The translations under genes were made by a program, and so were the position numbers. From Nemertoderma westbladi (Eukaryota; Animalia; Xenacoelomorpha), in contig JAUCBJ010006261.1 of NCBI GenBank assembly GCA_032718475.1, positions 6,094 to 70,093 of the forward strand: DNA of 64,000 nucleotides. The letters run 5' to 3'. Numbering within the stretch: the first letter of the stretch is position 1; every line of letters starts with the position of its first letter. Positions 36,586 through 49,885 of the stretch are shown here, in pieces. The notes under the pieces were generated by a model. It made no database searches. It was not told the origin of the DNA and was given only the letters and a program-made list of their open reading frames with translations.

Positions 36586-39505
36586 AATTTGCATTTTGGG
36601 GCAATTTATTTTCATTTGGTACAGATTAGTAAGCCAATGAGGTGCGTACAACGTATCGAACGATGAGTTGGGCCAATCATAGGGCATAGAACATCTTATT
36701 GCTCCAATGTGAGGCCATGGAATACTCTCGAAGGTTCTAGTGGATTCTATGTCCCAGATTTAGTATATAAAGGGCTGGTTTGCCTTCGGTTATCACTTAC
36801 ACAATTGCACTTATCCTGCTTGTATCTCACACTCTCTCTTGCACTAATCATTTCGTTATACTTTGTTGGTTTCTTGTTGAAACTATTTGTAAAACTGTTT
36901 GATAATTCTTTGCTAAACTGTAAATACACTGCAAACTCCTGAACATGTTTTTCTTTGGTCCAACTTTGGGACAGCCAAACATCGGGAAGATGGCAGCCTA
37001 GACCGTTAGGCCGTCAGCAATGCAGGGAAAAGATGTCCACAACACGCTAGCGCCCACATTAGATTAGACCGCGCACCCCCTTCGCCCTTCGAAATACTCC
37101 AATTGCCATGCAGCGCCCGCTTTATGAGGAAGGTAAGACTTTGTTTGATGCCCTTGCCCGCCGTAAGACCTATAGATCAGGGTAAGCGTGACGCTGTCCT
37201 GGACGCCGCAAAATTTAGGATCAAATAATTATATTTAGGCAGAACCCCTTTGTCAGTCCTGCAAATCCCTGGGTTACCTGAATGTCTCATAGGTAGGCAG
37301 GCAGTTCGAGCTATTGCCGTTCGTCAGTGCGCAAGTACATATTAGTTACGGACAGCATACGTTCCATAATTTAGTGATTTGTTAGCACTGACTGTTTGGT
37401 ACCGGTTCGCTTTGTAGAACATACATTAGTACCCCCCCCCCCCCCCTGCCTGAAGTTAGTTATTTGATCAGGCAAGGAGTATTTCTGCTACCGGCACACC
37501 GCTTGGCCTAGGGAGGTTTTATTAATATCCACCGCGCCTTGCCACGTACTGATAGGTATTTGCTGCTAACTACCGCAGCAACAAAGTTCTAGAATCAAAT
37601 TTGTATACCAGATCAGCTAACGTACGGTAGCAATTAACCCCTATTTCTTCTCTTACAACCAGAATCTGGTATTAGTGCCGATCACGGGTGTAGTTACTAA
37701 CACCGTGGTTGCCCAGTGAGTTGTGGATAGGAAGGAGAGAGCTTTGATGTCATTTGTAAGTATAAAGTTCTACAAAACGCGACGGTATCGTTTCGGTCAG
37801 AAAATTACTAAAACCTAGTAAATGATATACACCAAAAAATTGTTTTATTGTAACACACCCACACACACATGCCCTAAAACATATTTACCCTTAGAGTTCT
37901 ACTAGTTATAGCACACTTTATATTACTTTTAGGCAGAATTTATCTGTATTTGTAAATTAGGATCTGATATTTAGTTACGGCAAAGGGAGTATTTCATTTT
38001 CGTTATTAAACTGTTGTTTTCTGCTCAGCATTATTGTTACATTAGGCACGACCTTTTTTAGACTGATTCAGACAGGGAGATCAGTATTGTAACGCTAGGG
38101 CTGTAACCCACCTAGCTCGTATATAAACCATATAAATCACACCGCGGCAAGTTACGGTATTTAGGACTGTCAGCGATAGTTAGGATTCGCTGCGCGGGGA
38201 TTGTTTTCCCGTGAGTTTGGTCTGTTACTGTAACTGTACATCTGCCACACCGGTTAGGGGACAGGTTTCCTTTTGTCTAGTTCGTAGGCATTAGACCCGC
38301 TCACGTACATAGAATAGACATCAGGCTCTGCTCCTCGCCAGTAGTAGTTTGTGTATTGTATCTGTTTGTTTAGATATCCTGGGCTGGGATTTGTTGTCAG
38401 ATACTGTACGAGCCCGTTTCATTACTAGAGTCTCATAGTAAGATACATCGTTACTAGGATCTGGTAAGCGGTATACTACTGGACTTTACGGTTAGAGATA
38501 TTCTATAGCTTCATATTAGTAGACTTGTCGGCCGTAGGATAGCCCCTACCATAGAGGACTTTACAGTGAGACATATATTTATTATTTAGTTTGCAAGTTG
38601 CGATTTGCAAATGGTAGATAAATATATAGTTTAGCTATTGAAAGTAGGAGATATTTAAAATTTAAGGTTAGTAAATTTAGTAATTTGTAGAACGTCCCCT
38701 GCTTCAGTAGGCTTTTAGGGTAGCTAGTAGTTTCGTATTTAATATTTGACTAGCTAATAGTTAGTTTGTAGCAATTTGTTTTACGCCGTGTGTGTGCGGT
38801 GTTACTTTCGGTACTTGAAAAGGTACATAGGGTTTAAAGACCAAGTTGTATCGGTACCTAGGAAGATTTTTCGTAGAGTAGAAGTAAAACTCTCACCTTC
38901 GACTTTTCAGGACTCAAGGACTCATTTCTGGACCGCTTCGAGGATTAGACCGCTTTTTGCAAAGTTTGGGAGACAAAAAATTCGTCCGCGCCGCCGAAAA
39001 ACGGAACGACCCACGTCCGGTTTGTATTTGGGAATTTGTACGACTGGAAGATCAAAGGAGCGTAAGTTTTACGACTCATGTCGTTCAAACTTAGAAAGCA
39101 CAATAGTACTCAAAATTTGTGGGTTTCACTGTCTAATTAGTAGTGTTGTTGGTACTTATTTTCCCGTTAGACGTTACTGTTTTGCCTATTATTTGTACTT
39201 GTTGATCTACATTTTGGTAACGTATACCATTATCTCACGTATTCGTACAAATTTAGCCGGTAGGCTAGATTATTACTTATTTTATTATATACTTTGTTTA
39301 GTTTTATTTGTACCGGTTAGGGTATATATATGATATATATATATCAAGGTAAGTTTGACATTTTGACATTTCGACATTATGACTTTGTTGATTTATTTTT
39401 ACCGGTTAGGGTATATGTGCTATATATATACCAAGGTAAGTTTGACATTTCAACATTCAGACACTTTGACATTTTATTACCCGTACTTGACGTATATAAT
39501 AAGAC

Positions 39506-41782
39506 ATGAGTGACACACCCCATTCGACTCGATACCCCCCTACCGACTATGACTCGTGCGACCCGGACAGATCGACAGTAGACGAACCGAGAAGGAGAAC
39601 CCGAGATTCTACCGATGTCACACCGCATGCGTCGCCGGTACCCCAAACGGAAATACCGGAAGCCGCAACGCGTGGCGACGGCAGAATCGAAGATTTCCTT
39701 ACCGTCCCGCAGACTAGATCGCGGGAACCGGACATGGTAAGTTCGACTGGAAGCCAGGAGAACGTCATTAGAAGTATAGGAGGACACATGGCCCAGATTA
39801 CTCGAAACCTCGGAGAAGGTTTTCGCATTTTACGCGAGTTGACCGCCCCGATGTCGAGATACGAGTTCTACACCTTACAGGTAAGGATAGAAAGTAGGGT
39901 ACATGCCTCCGTAGATAAACTTAAAGGTTTACACGAACTTGCAGAGTTGCGTGGCGACAACTTTACTCAGGTAAAGATAATAGATAAGTTGGTAAGTGCG
40001 AGAGAAAGCCTTATCCAGTTTAAGTCAGTAATAAGATTGGCTCAACAGGAGCAGTTTGACCAACTGCTAGGTGAGTCAGTTTCGGATGTGTTGTTACAAC
40101 CCGAAGAGGAAGAAGAACTATACTGCCTGGACAGGAGGTTAGGGACGCTCACCAATTTTCTTCGTAGAAACGGCGTACCGATCGAAGAACCGGAAGTCGA
40201 ACCGCGAGGGACGACGGAAGTTCTCACTACGGAAGGCTCGCGAGCCTACCAGCATCCACCACTGGATAGATCGTTCGTTAGTATGCGGAGCGACGTTGGC
40301 AACGTTAGTAGGACAGCGTCTGTAATTACTCGACAACAACAGGAGGTCGCACGCCGACAACAAGTCGTCGAGGAAGAAGGGCAACGGCAGATGGCACAGA
40401 TCGCCATCGAGGGAGAGAAACAATATAGAGAGGACAAGGCGAGAATTGCGCAACTCAAGGCGCAAGCCGAATTCAAAGCCTCGGAAATGCTACGATTGGA
40501 GGAAGACTTAGCGCAACGGGCAGCAGCCGACGAGTTAGCGCGACGGGCAGAAGCCGACGAGTTAGCACGACGGGCAGCAGCCGACGAGTTAGCACGGCAG
40601 AAAGAGGCATCTGACGCACGTGCTCAGTTGGAGGCACGGCTGATGAAGTCACGATTAGCCATTCAGGAAGCAGAGTTAGCGGCACAACAACAAGTAGCAG
40701 ATCGACGCGAAAGGGAGATGCAACTACAGTTCGAATTTAATCGTAGATCGTGCGAGGCAGCGAACGCGCAAGCGGACCTTGAACTCGACGCGAGAGATAG
40801 ATCTATAAGGTCTCGAGCTGGACATGACTTGTCTGCCCTGGATTGCATGGAGGCTCGATATCGCGGAATTCAGAAGCGAATCGAGGAAGGAAGTGTGGGA
40901 GCGATAGATCGAGGAGAGGAGTTCGTCGAGGATTACTGTAAACGTTTTCCACAAGTTATTCCTATGCTCAAACCCACGACTCCGATAAAACCGGTCTTTG
41001 TTACGAAACCTAAGGAAATAACGCCTGTGCGCTCGACGCAAGGCAACAGGTTTGTTGTGACGGAAATACCGCAACCTAGGGCAACTTCATCGCCGATTTT
41101 AGCAGGTAATGTATCCAGTCCACCTACAGTAAGTCGTAGTCTACTTGTAGGAAGGGAGGAACCTGCGTTTATGTCAATTAAAAAGGTAAGTGAGCAGTTA
41201 GCAGTTAAACCTGTTACGTGCTGTGCGAACCCAGTTATTTATAGACCGACTACGAAACCCGACTACTTTACTAAACCATTGACACAATGTTCGACGCGAC
41301 CTACGACTTCGTGGAAGGCTTGCGAGCCTACCGAACAACGGAGGAGGATGGATGTGGGTAGTACCCACAGGATCGAACAACACTTAACGAGACCTACGAC
41401 TTTGTGGAAGGCTTGCGAGCCTACTGAACGACGGAGAGCCGTAGATCCCAGACCTCGACAAACTCGACCAGGAATAATACGCCAGACGCGAACCCGCCAA
41501 CCACCTTATCCGGATGATAGCGACTCATCTAGTGACTCGGAGTCGACGGAACAGGAAATATTCCATACTGGAGCGGCAGCGGCAGAGGATTACAAATGGG
41601 AGGAACGATTGACGAATCCATATATCGATAATCCTGCACGAGAAACACCCCAACAGAAACCCACGTTGCAACCAGCGGAAGCGATCAGCACCAACAGACT
41701 CGCCGAAATAATGCGACCTGTAACGGACCGACTAGCTCAGATAGAAGAGCGACTCGAAATGCAACCGTTGGATCGATCATGA
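39506..41782 (+). CDS. N-terminal Gag-region ORF of the BEL element (coiled-coil, 758 aa)
   Basis: Long ORF with A(A/E)ADELARR repeats, directly upstream of the DUF1759-like Gag core. Confidence 0.7.
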   Translation: MSDTPHSTRYPPTDYDSCDPDRSTVDEPRRRTRDSTDVTPHASPVPQTEIPEAATRGDGRIEDFLTVPQTRSREPDMVSSTGSQENVIRSIGGHMAQITRNLGEGFRILRELTAPMSRYEFYTLQVRIESRVHASVDKLKGLHELAELRGDNFTQVKIIDKLVSARESLIQFKSVIRLAQQEQFDQLLGESVSDVLLQPEEEEELYCLDRRLGTLTNFLRRNGVPIEEPEVEPRGTTEVLTTEGSRAYQHPPLDRSFVSMRSDVGNVSRTASVITRQQQEVARRQQVVEEEGQRQMAQIAIEGEKQYREDKARIAQLKAQAEFKASEMLRLEEDLAQRAAADELARRAEADELARRAAADELARQKEASDARAQLEARLMKSRLAIQEAELAAQQQVADRREREMQLQFEFNRRSCEAANAQADLELDARDRSIRSRAGHDLSALDCMEARYRGIQKRIEEGSVGAIDRGEEFVEDYCKRFPQVIPMLKPTTPIKPVFVTKPKEITPVRSTQGNRFVVTEIPQPRATSSPILAGNVSSPPTVSRSLLVGREEPAFMSIKKVSEQLAVKPVTCCANPVIYRPTTKPDYFTKPLTQCSTRPTTSWKACEPTEQRRRMDVGSTHRIEQHLTRPTTLWKACEPTERRRAVDPRPRQTRPGIIRQTRTRQPPYPDDSDSSSDSESTEQEIFHTGAAAAEDYKWEERLTNPYIDNPARETPQQKPTLQPAEAISTNRLAEIMRPVTDRLAQIEERLEMQPLDRS

Positions 41783-41964
41783 ACCAGCATGGAGTTGGAA
41801 CAACCTAGACAACATCGACCACCAAGGAGAGAACAGGAGACTAGACAGACTCCGACCCATCGAGAAGAAGAATTAATTTTAATATTTCCGTTAATATTTC
41901 CTACCGACGAACAACGCGCGGAAGGGAGCGACTGGACGACACCACCGAACAGGGACGCGGACAG

Positions 41965-42520
41965 TTGGATTTAGTTAGCGAGATTGCGAAATTCGCAGCT
42001 AGACACGGATTACTGGCACAGCAACCGCCGAAGTTCTCTGGCAACGTAAAACACTGGCGCACACTGGTAGACTACGTAGAGTCCCAGATCGCTAAGTGTG
42101 CTTTCACCTCGACGGAGAAGTTTAATTACTTGCTCCAAGTCCTGTCTGGTGAGCCAAAATGATTAGCGGAAACCTTTATCGGTGTTCCAGATGCCTTTGA
42201 GTTGGCGTACAACCGTTTATATTCGATTTACGGAGGTAACGTCGCCATGGCTAAATCCATTATTGAAGACCTCTGCAGAGGAGGTAGCATTTCAAAACCG
42301 ATCGACCTTTAACGACTCGCGGACGAAATCAAGAACGCAATAGGGACTTTACGGTCCATTGGACAACTCGAATACGCTAACGCACCGACGGTTCTCATCA
42401 GGATAATCTGTCGACTTCATCATCGACTACGACGAGAATGGTGACGCATCGAGTACCAGCGTGAAGAAGCCGGCAGGCTTTTAAAACTCACCGACATCTA
42501 CCAACTGATTTCATGGGAGG
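41965..42520 (+). pseudogene. gag: BEL Gag core (DUF1759-like), interrupted by stops
   Basis: PPKFSGN..HW...EKFNYL...LSGEP, then AYNRL..DYG. Confidence 0.75.
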
Positions 42521-42522
42521 CC

Positions 42523-45500
42523 GTGATCGAGACTCGATCAAATTACACCGATCACCATATCGCGGCAGAAAGGATAGCTATTTCTGCGCCGACTCGGACT
42601 AAACCATTTCCGACGAACGCGAAAGCAGTCACCTACGCCACCCCTACTGAGACTTCTAAAGTTCTGACGCCTATCGGCACCACGCAGCCACGACAACAGT
42701 TGCCGGCGGACTTTGTGGGATGCTCGTACTGCGAGCGGAACGGCAGAAACTACAGCGGACATAATCTTCGTGGATGTCGCGCTTTTAAAGAGTTAGGATT
42801 CGAAGAAAGGAGACTCCAAATTCGATCGTTAGATTCCTGCTGGAGATGTATGAAGCCAGGACACGTCCGGAAGGATTGCCCGAGCGACGATACATGCCCT
42901 CAGTGTGGACGTAACCATGACGCGTTGCTTCACACAACTAGTCATACTCCGACCAAACGCTTTCGACGAGAGCATCCAGATAAAGCGGCTAGATGCAACG
43001 CGCTTTATAAGGAGCGTGCGCCGCGCGAGATCCGTACGTTTATTACAGACTGTATGGATCAGTCAGGATCATCGGACGAGGACGAGGAGGAAGACGACAC
43101 TTTCTATGTGCATGCGGGTGAGGAACAGCCATCGGTAACACTCCTCACACAGAACCAATTGAAAGGGTTTAGCGTGATTCCTATAAAGATTACCGGAACC
43201 CGAGGGAGCAAGCGTATATACGCCATCTTAGACTCTGCGTCATCGCATAGCTATGTCGATGAACAAGTAGCCGACGTGGTTATGGACATGAGTCAAGGTA
43301 AGACTGCCCAGTATACTATAAGCAGCATGCATGGTAAGAGAGCGATCCCTGTGACAAGAGTAAAACTAACTTTAGACACTCTTCTTTCCAAAGCGGAACA
43401 CAGCAAGGAGGAGCGCTCATTACTTCCGGTAAGAAATTTGACCTTTGCAGCTACAAAGGACTTTAGTAACTTGCTCGGCCCTGTGCCAGAGCAATCACCG
43501 GAAGATCGTAAATATTTCCGACACCTTGGAATACCGGAATGTCCTGTTAATTATCGCTCAATCGTGATGTTAATTGGGACAGACCAGTTTAACTTACATC
43601 AGGTATGGGAGACACGCCCATCTGTTATTACAGCGGGCAACCCCTACGCATGTAGAACTCCCATAGGTTGGTATACTGGAGCTCCAATACGTTCACTAGA
43701 GGTAAGTGACCAGGAGGACGACGTTTTGAGTACGTGTAGTTTATTGACTAACACTATAGATAATTCTCCTTCACACTCCTGTGGTCCAATTGTACAGACT
43801 GCACTACGACAGACTTGCGTCGCTAACGTAGATGCCACCGATACTGACGTAACTGATCTGGACACAACCACATGGACCTTTGACTTACAACTATTTGCAG
43901 CAAACCAGTTTGTATTGACTACTGAAGACCAAAGGGTTGTTGCTGTGGATGACTCGATGAACGAGGATTTTGGAAGGCTTGCGAGCCTACCGAAAAATCT
44001 GAAGGTCATTGACCCCACCCACCAAGCTTCGACACCGGTCGTTGATCTTGGAAGGCTTGCGAGCCTACCGACAGATCAAGAAGTTGTCAAACCGCCGCAC
44101 GACGATTCGACTCCGACTAGTGACACCGGAAGGCTTGCGAGCCTACCAGACACATTGACACTAGCCACCGCAGCGGATGAAGACGTGGACGAGGACCATG
44201 GCGCAGTGCAAGCAGCGCTTGACCGACTGCTGACTGAACGAACCATTCAATGGTTGGAACAGGACTCAGCAGAACCCAGTAGTTACGAGACCGCTATGTC
44301 AGAACAGGAAAAACGGTCATTAAATATTATGAAAGATACCATTCGCCAGACCGCGAATGGCCACTATGAGGTTGGCATGTTGTGGCGCAATGGACAACCT
44401 AAGCTCGTTAACAATTACCCGCTTGCTTTGAGGCGACTCAAATCAATAAGTCAGCGATTGTTGCGAGACGAGACGGCCCATATGCAATACAATGCGCAGC
44501 TTCAGACGTATCTCCAAAAGGGATACGCCATTAGGATTTTAAATCCCGAGGTAACCACAGATCAGACATATTACCTGCCACATCATTTTGTTCGACACCC
44601 GGACAAACCTGGCAAGGTGCGTGTAGTCAACGACTGCGCCGCGCTTTACCAAGGGATGTCTATGAACAGCGGATTGATGGACGGACCGAATATGAATAAT
44701 TACCTCATGGGAGTCCTAATGCGTTTTAGAAAACGCAAAGTGGCTTTCACCTGTGACGTAGAGGCCATGTTTCACCAGGTTAAGGCTTTGGAGTGGGACA
44801 GGGACAGCTTGAGGTTTCTTTGGTATCCGTACGGAAATTTAGAACTTCCGCCAGAAACTTACCAAATGCAGGTAAGAGTCTTCGGAGCCAGGGACAGCCC
44901 CAACTGCACCACGTACGCCTTAAAGCAGACAGCATTGGACAGACGAGACCAATTTGACCCAGAAGTAGTTCGGACAGTGGAACGAGATTTCTACGTGGAT
45001 GACGGCCTCAAGAGTTGTGACACTTTGGAGTGCGCTACAACCGTAGCACACCAACTCCAGGATTGTCTCGCTGAGGGCGGATTTCACCTGACGAAATTCG
45101 TTTCCAACGAACCTGAACTGGTGAACTCATTTGACTCGACGGATCGTAGTAGAGGTGACTTGGACTTAGACCTAGAACCTCTACCGACGACCAAAGTATT
45201 AGGACTTAGTTGGGACCCTAACACCGACAATTTTAGGGTACGTGTAAGGTCCAACGACCAGACTAGACCTCTCACTAAGAGGACTTGCTTATCGACCATG
45301 AGTCGATTGTATGACCCATTGTGTTTCATTAGTCCAGTGATCTTACATGCTAGGATCATACTCCGCAGCATTTGGCAAGCCGGACTGGAATGGGACGATC
45401 CCATCCCAGAAAAGTTAGCTGAGCAATGGAGGGACTGGGAAGCCCAACTGACGTTCCTATAAGACTATACCATACCAAGGGTATACTTTCCTTTGCAGAC

Positions 45501-45539
45501 CACCTTTCCTGCCGATTTAGAGCTTCACAGCTTTAGTGA
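42523..45539 (+). pseudogene. pol: BEL Gag zinc knuckles, aspartic protease, reverse transcriptase and start of RNase H
   Basis: CWRCMKPGHVRKDC and CPQCGRNHDALLH; AILDSAS; YYLPHH, KVRVVND, DVEAMFHQV, FYVDD, KVLGLSW, YDPL; LHSFSD at the LINE junction. Confidence 0.92.
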
Positions 45540-47199
45540 CAGGGTATTGCCTGATAACTTTATAGAAGTAAAAGTGTCTGAGTCTGTACTCCCAGATATT
45601 CCCACTGGCGATATCTCCTTTGCAGAAGTGAAGGCTGCTGCAAAGAGCATTAAGACCAATCGTGCCAGTGGAGTAGATGGTGTTCCCCCTGAGGTCTTTA
45701 AAATACCTGAGTGTTTAAAGCTCATCTATCCCATCATAGTAGACATGTACCGTACAACAAGAGTCCCACAAGAAATGAAAACAAATAAGTTGGTGCCAGT
45801 TCCCAAGAAGGGCAACCTAACACTCTATGGTTCTTTTCGGGGAATCTCATTGATCTCGATTGCTGCAAAACTATACAATAGAATTCTATTAAATCGCATC
45901 AGGGATCCCATTGAGAGACTGCTACGTGGAAATCAGAATGGGTTCCGTAAAGGTCGTGGGACCCTGGAGCCCATTTTGGCACTTGGAAGGATAATTGAAG
46001 AGTTATCAAAAAAGAAAGACAGGCATCTATCCGGCTGTTATCTTTGTTGACTTCTTCAAGGCCTTTGATTCAGTCTCTCGCTCACGTATGTTCAGCATAC
46101 TTTCATTATATGGGATTCCTGATGAAATTATTGCAGCAATCAGATCAGTATACGATGGTTCGACAACATTTGTGTCTACAGTTGACGGTGACACAGAACC
46201 ATTTGAAGTGTTATGGGGCGTCCTCCAAGGAGACACACTTGCACCATTCTTGTTCATTATTGTGGTTGACTATGTTCTACGCATGTCCTTAGATCATCAT
46301 AATGATGATGGGGTGATGATAACTCCACCTACTGGCTCCAGAAGTCGAGGAAATCCTGCCAAGTACCTAACTGATCTAGACTTTGCTGATGACTTAGGAG
46401 TACTCTCAGAATCATTAGAGGGAGCCCAGCGGCTCCTCAGCTCATTAGAACATGCTGCTTCTAGTGTTGGTCTTTTTATTAACTCCAGAAAGACCAAAAT
46501 TCTGACAGTTAACTTTGAAAGTCCTCAGCAAGTCTCTGATCGGATGAGCATAAGCTCAAAGGATGGTATGCTTGAGCATGTGGACGACTTCTGTTACCTG
46601 GGATCATGGATCCGGAAGTCAGGTGAGGACCTTCGAATACGTAAGGGAAAGGCATGGGCAGCCTTGAATAGGCTTTCCAGGATTTGGAAGTCACCTAGAA
46701 TTAATCGGAAACTTAAGGTTCGATTATTTAGAGCAGCAGTAGTTCCAGTACTCCTCTACGGGAGTCCATGCTGGGCTCTAACTGCTGAGGACACCAAATC
46801 TCTGGATGGCACATTCACAAGAATGCTACGCCGGGTACATTGTGTCAAGTACAATGCACACATCTCCAACCAGACACTATATAACATTGGAGGTGTCTCA
46901 TTGGTTCCCCCAAGCTTGACACTAGAACAAAGTCGCCTCCGCTTTGCAGGACATTGCTTTCGCCGTGAGGACCAGCCAGTGCATAATCTTGTACTTTGGC
47001 AGCCTCATGGAGTGAATAAGCATGGTGGACAGCCCATGACTTTCTTGAGAGGCATCTTAAAGGACACTGGCCTTAAAGATGCGGATGATCTAGCAAATGT
47101 CATGGGTGATAGGGAGTTGTGGCGGTGCAATTTTGTTGACAAGCCGGCACAGCATTCTTAAAAATGCAGCTGCAATGCAGCATTCCGATCCTAGTAGTA
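45540..47199 (+). mobile_element. 5'-truncated RTE-clade LINE with a frameshifted RT, inserted into BEL RNase H
   Basis: PVPKKG, RGISL, QNGFR, FVDFFKAFDSV, GVLQGD.LAP.LF, FADD and FCYLGS. Short 3' stem-loop and (TAG)n tail. Confidence 0.92.
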
Positions 47200-49884
47200 G
47201 ATGCTAGCAAGGATGGATTGGGGGTTACCTTATACCTTAGACGACAAGTGACATCGGACAGCTACGAAGTGTCTCTCGTTACTTCAAAGGCTAGAACAAT
47301 GCCATTGAAGTATATGACTGTACCTCGTGGAGAGCTGCAAGCCGGGACGATATCCACCGATATTGTCAGTCTAGTTCAATGCGAGCTGGAGGCTAACTTG
47401 AAGGTCACATATTTGACGGATGCGACGTTGGTACTTTGGTACATAAACAACGAAGCATTTGAGTTCAAGACTTTCATAGCCAACAGACGGGCTGAAATAT
47501 TAGACCGGTCGCTCAAACAAGATTGGCATCAATGTCCAGGGAAGCTGAACCCAGCTGACATTGCGTCACGGGGGATGCAACCGCTTGACTTTTGTAAACC
47601 GGACAATAAATCCTTTTGGTTTAGAGGACCCGATTTCCTACAGCGACCATCAGACGAATGGCCACCGTTATTCGACGCGACAACCAATACCATACCAGAG
47701 GGTGCCGAGATAAAAATCGACAAGGTTGTCAAATCCAAAGCGAAAGCCAACGCCAAGATCAAGGCCAAGGACGGACGAAATCTGATGACCTGGACGCTAG
47801 ACCTGACATTACGCCAGACGTCTCTCCAGAATCTCGACCAGACGCTTGTACGAATCTTTCACCGGATGTTCCGTGGGAGATTTCACCAGACGTTTCGCCA
47901 GATTGTTCACCAGATTACTCGCCAGATTATTCACCAGAAGCGACACCAGATTGTTCTCCGGATTGCTCGCCAGAATGTTTTATGGAACTCTCGACAGATT
48001 GTCTACAGGACGTCTCACCAGACTTTCCACCAGACATCTCGACAGACTGTCCACCAGACTTTAGACCAGACTTTCTGACAGAAGTTACGCCAGACTTTCT
48101 CTGGGACCGACGACAGGACATTTCGCCGGATGTTCCGCACTATGTCTCACCAGACGTCTCACCAGACTGTTCACCGGACGCTTCACCAGACTGTCTACTA
48201 GACACTCCACTAGAAGACCCATTGGAGCAGACAATTAGAGACTTACAAAATTTGACTTCTTTGGAAGACAGAGGTGTGGCCACAGCTATCACACTCTGCT
48301 CAAAGAAAATACTTGACTTACCACCTACAGGTAAACGTGTAACTAAGGTTAAGAAGCTTACAGGCTCACAGGAACACACTAACACTGTAGAGTTGAAACC
48401 GTTACTGCCAGTCGACTCATTAGGAGCGGACGGTAAAGGTAAGACCATGGAGATTGACATACTTGGGGACTCAAACAAACCTACCGGCAGGCCCGTGGGC
48501 CTACCAAGTCCAGACAAGTATACACACTACGATATACCTTACCTGATGACGTCACTAACACTTACGTTGACCGGATAGTAAACCTAACTAGATCATGGAC
48601 TGACGCGTGCCGCAAGTTAGCATGGCTCAAACGTTTGAGACAATATGCCAGAGGCAAACGCGACTTTCCTAGAAGACTTACCTTAAAGGAAGTTGTTCAT
48701 TGTGAAGTTGATATCATTCGCCATTATCAATTGCGATATTTCGCACGAGAATTCACAGCGATCAACCAAGGTAAACAGATCAAGTCTTCACCGATTTTCA
48801 GTTGGAGTCCGATTATTTATCGGGGCTTACTTTGTCACAAGTCCAGACTCCAAAACATCGACTTTGCACTTGACTTCAGGTATCCTATCATCATACCGCA
48901 ACACCATGAATTACAGCGCGCTATGATACTGGATGCACATGTACAACTCAAACACGTGGGTAGATATCACTGTTTATCACTCTTACGATCGAGGTTTGCA
49001 CTGATTAGGCCTAGCAAGGCACTGAGTTCGGTAACACGGAACTGTATGATTTGTAAGAAGGTGCACGCGAGAATAGGACACCACGAAATGAGTGAACTAC
49101 CACTAGCTACATTACAGGCGTTTAGACCCCCTTTCACTGAGACAGGGATAGACTGTTTTGGACCCATAATCGCAAAACGCGGAAGGGTACAGGTAAAACG
49201 TTGGGGATTGATCTTCACTTGCATGGCCAGCAGAGCTGTCCATATTGAGCGTGTGACAGATTTAACCACCAATGCCTTTATCCTAGCCTTACGGCGATTT
49301 ATCGCTAGACGTGGATTGGTCAAATCCATTTACTGCGACCAAGGGACAAACTTTGTGGGTGCACGGAACGAAATAACCAGAGCTTTGAGAAAGTTGGACC
49401 AAAACCAGATTTCCGAGGAACTACGTCCTCACCGAATTGTTTGGAATTTTAATACTCCAGACAGTCCGTGGAGAGGCGGCGTTTGGGAAAGGCTGATTGG
49501 CTCAATCAAGACAGCTATGGCTAAAGTAATACCGACGCAACACATACTGACAGATGACCAACTGACAACGTTGTTAATAGAAATCGAAGCGATTTTGAAC
49601 ACACGACCGATCGCTTTGATCCCAGACAATAACGACGCACAGTTTGCCTTGACACCAGCGCACCTGCTTATGCAGGCGCCGACGACATTGTTGCCCATTT
49701 CGGTACTGTACCCGTTAATAGCGACGGATACGGCAACAAGGCCTCGAAAATCACTCAATTGCTTGCAAATAAATTCTGGGAAATATGGCAGAAATACTAT
49801 TTGCCCTCTATTTCGACCAGAACCTCTTGGTATCTAAATACCCGATGTTTGAGACGCGGTGACCATATTTTATTGGCTGAAGCC
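47200..49884 (+). pseudogene. BEL RNase H remainder, low-complexity linker and integrase (copy 1), frameshifted
   Basis: DASKDG, SKAR..P, VPRGEL, TDA.LVL.YI, NPADIASRG; HHCC zinc motif, GIDCFGP, CDQGTNF and GGVWERLI. Confidence 0.9.
47800..48200. repeat. Degenerate 12-bp repeat (tcaccagac-like, SPD) in the RH-INT linker
   Basis: Many imperfect tcaccaga[ct] units. Confidence 0.8.
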
Positions 49885-49885
49885 T

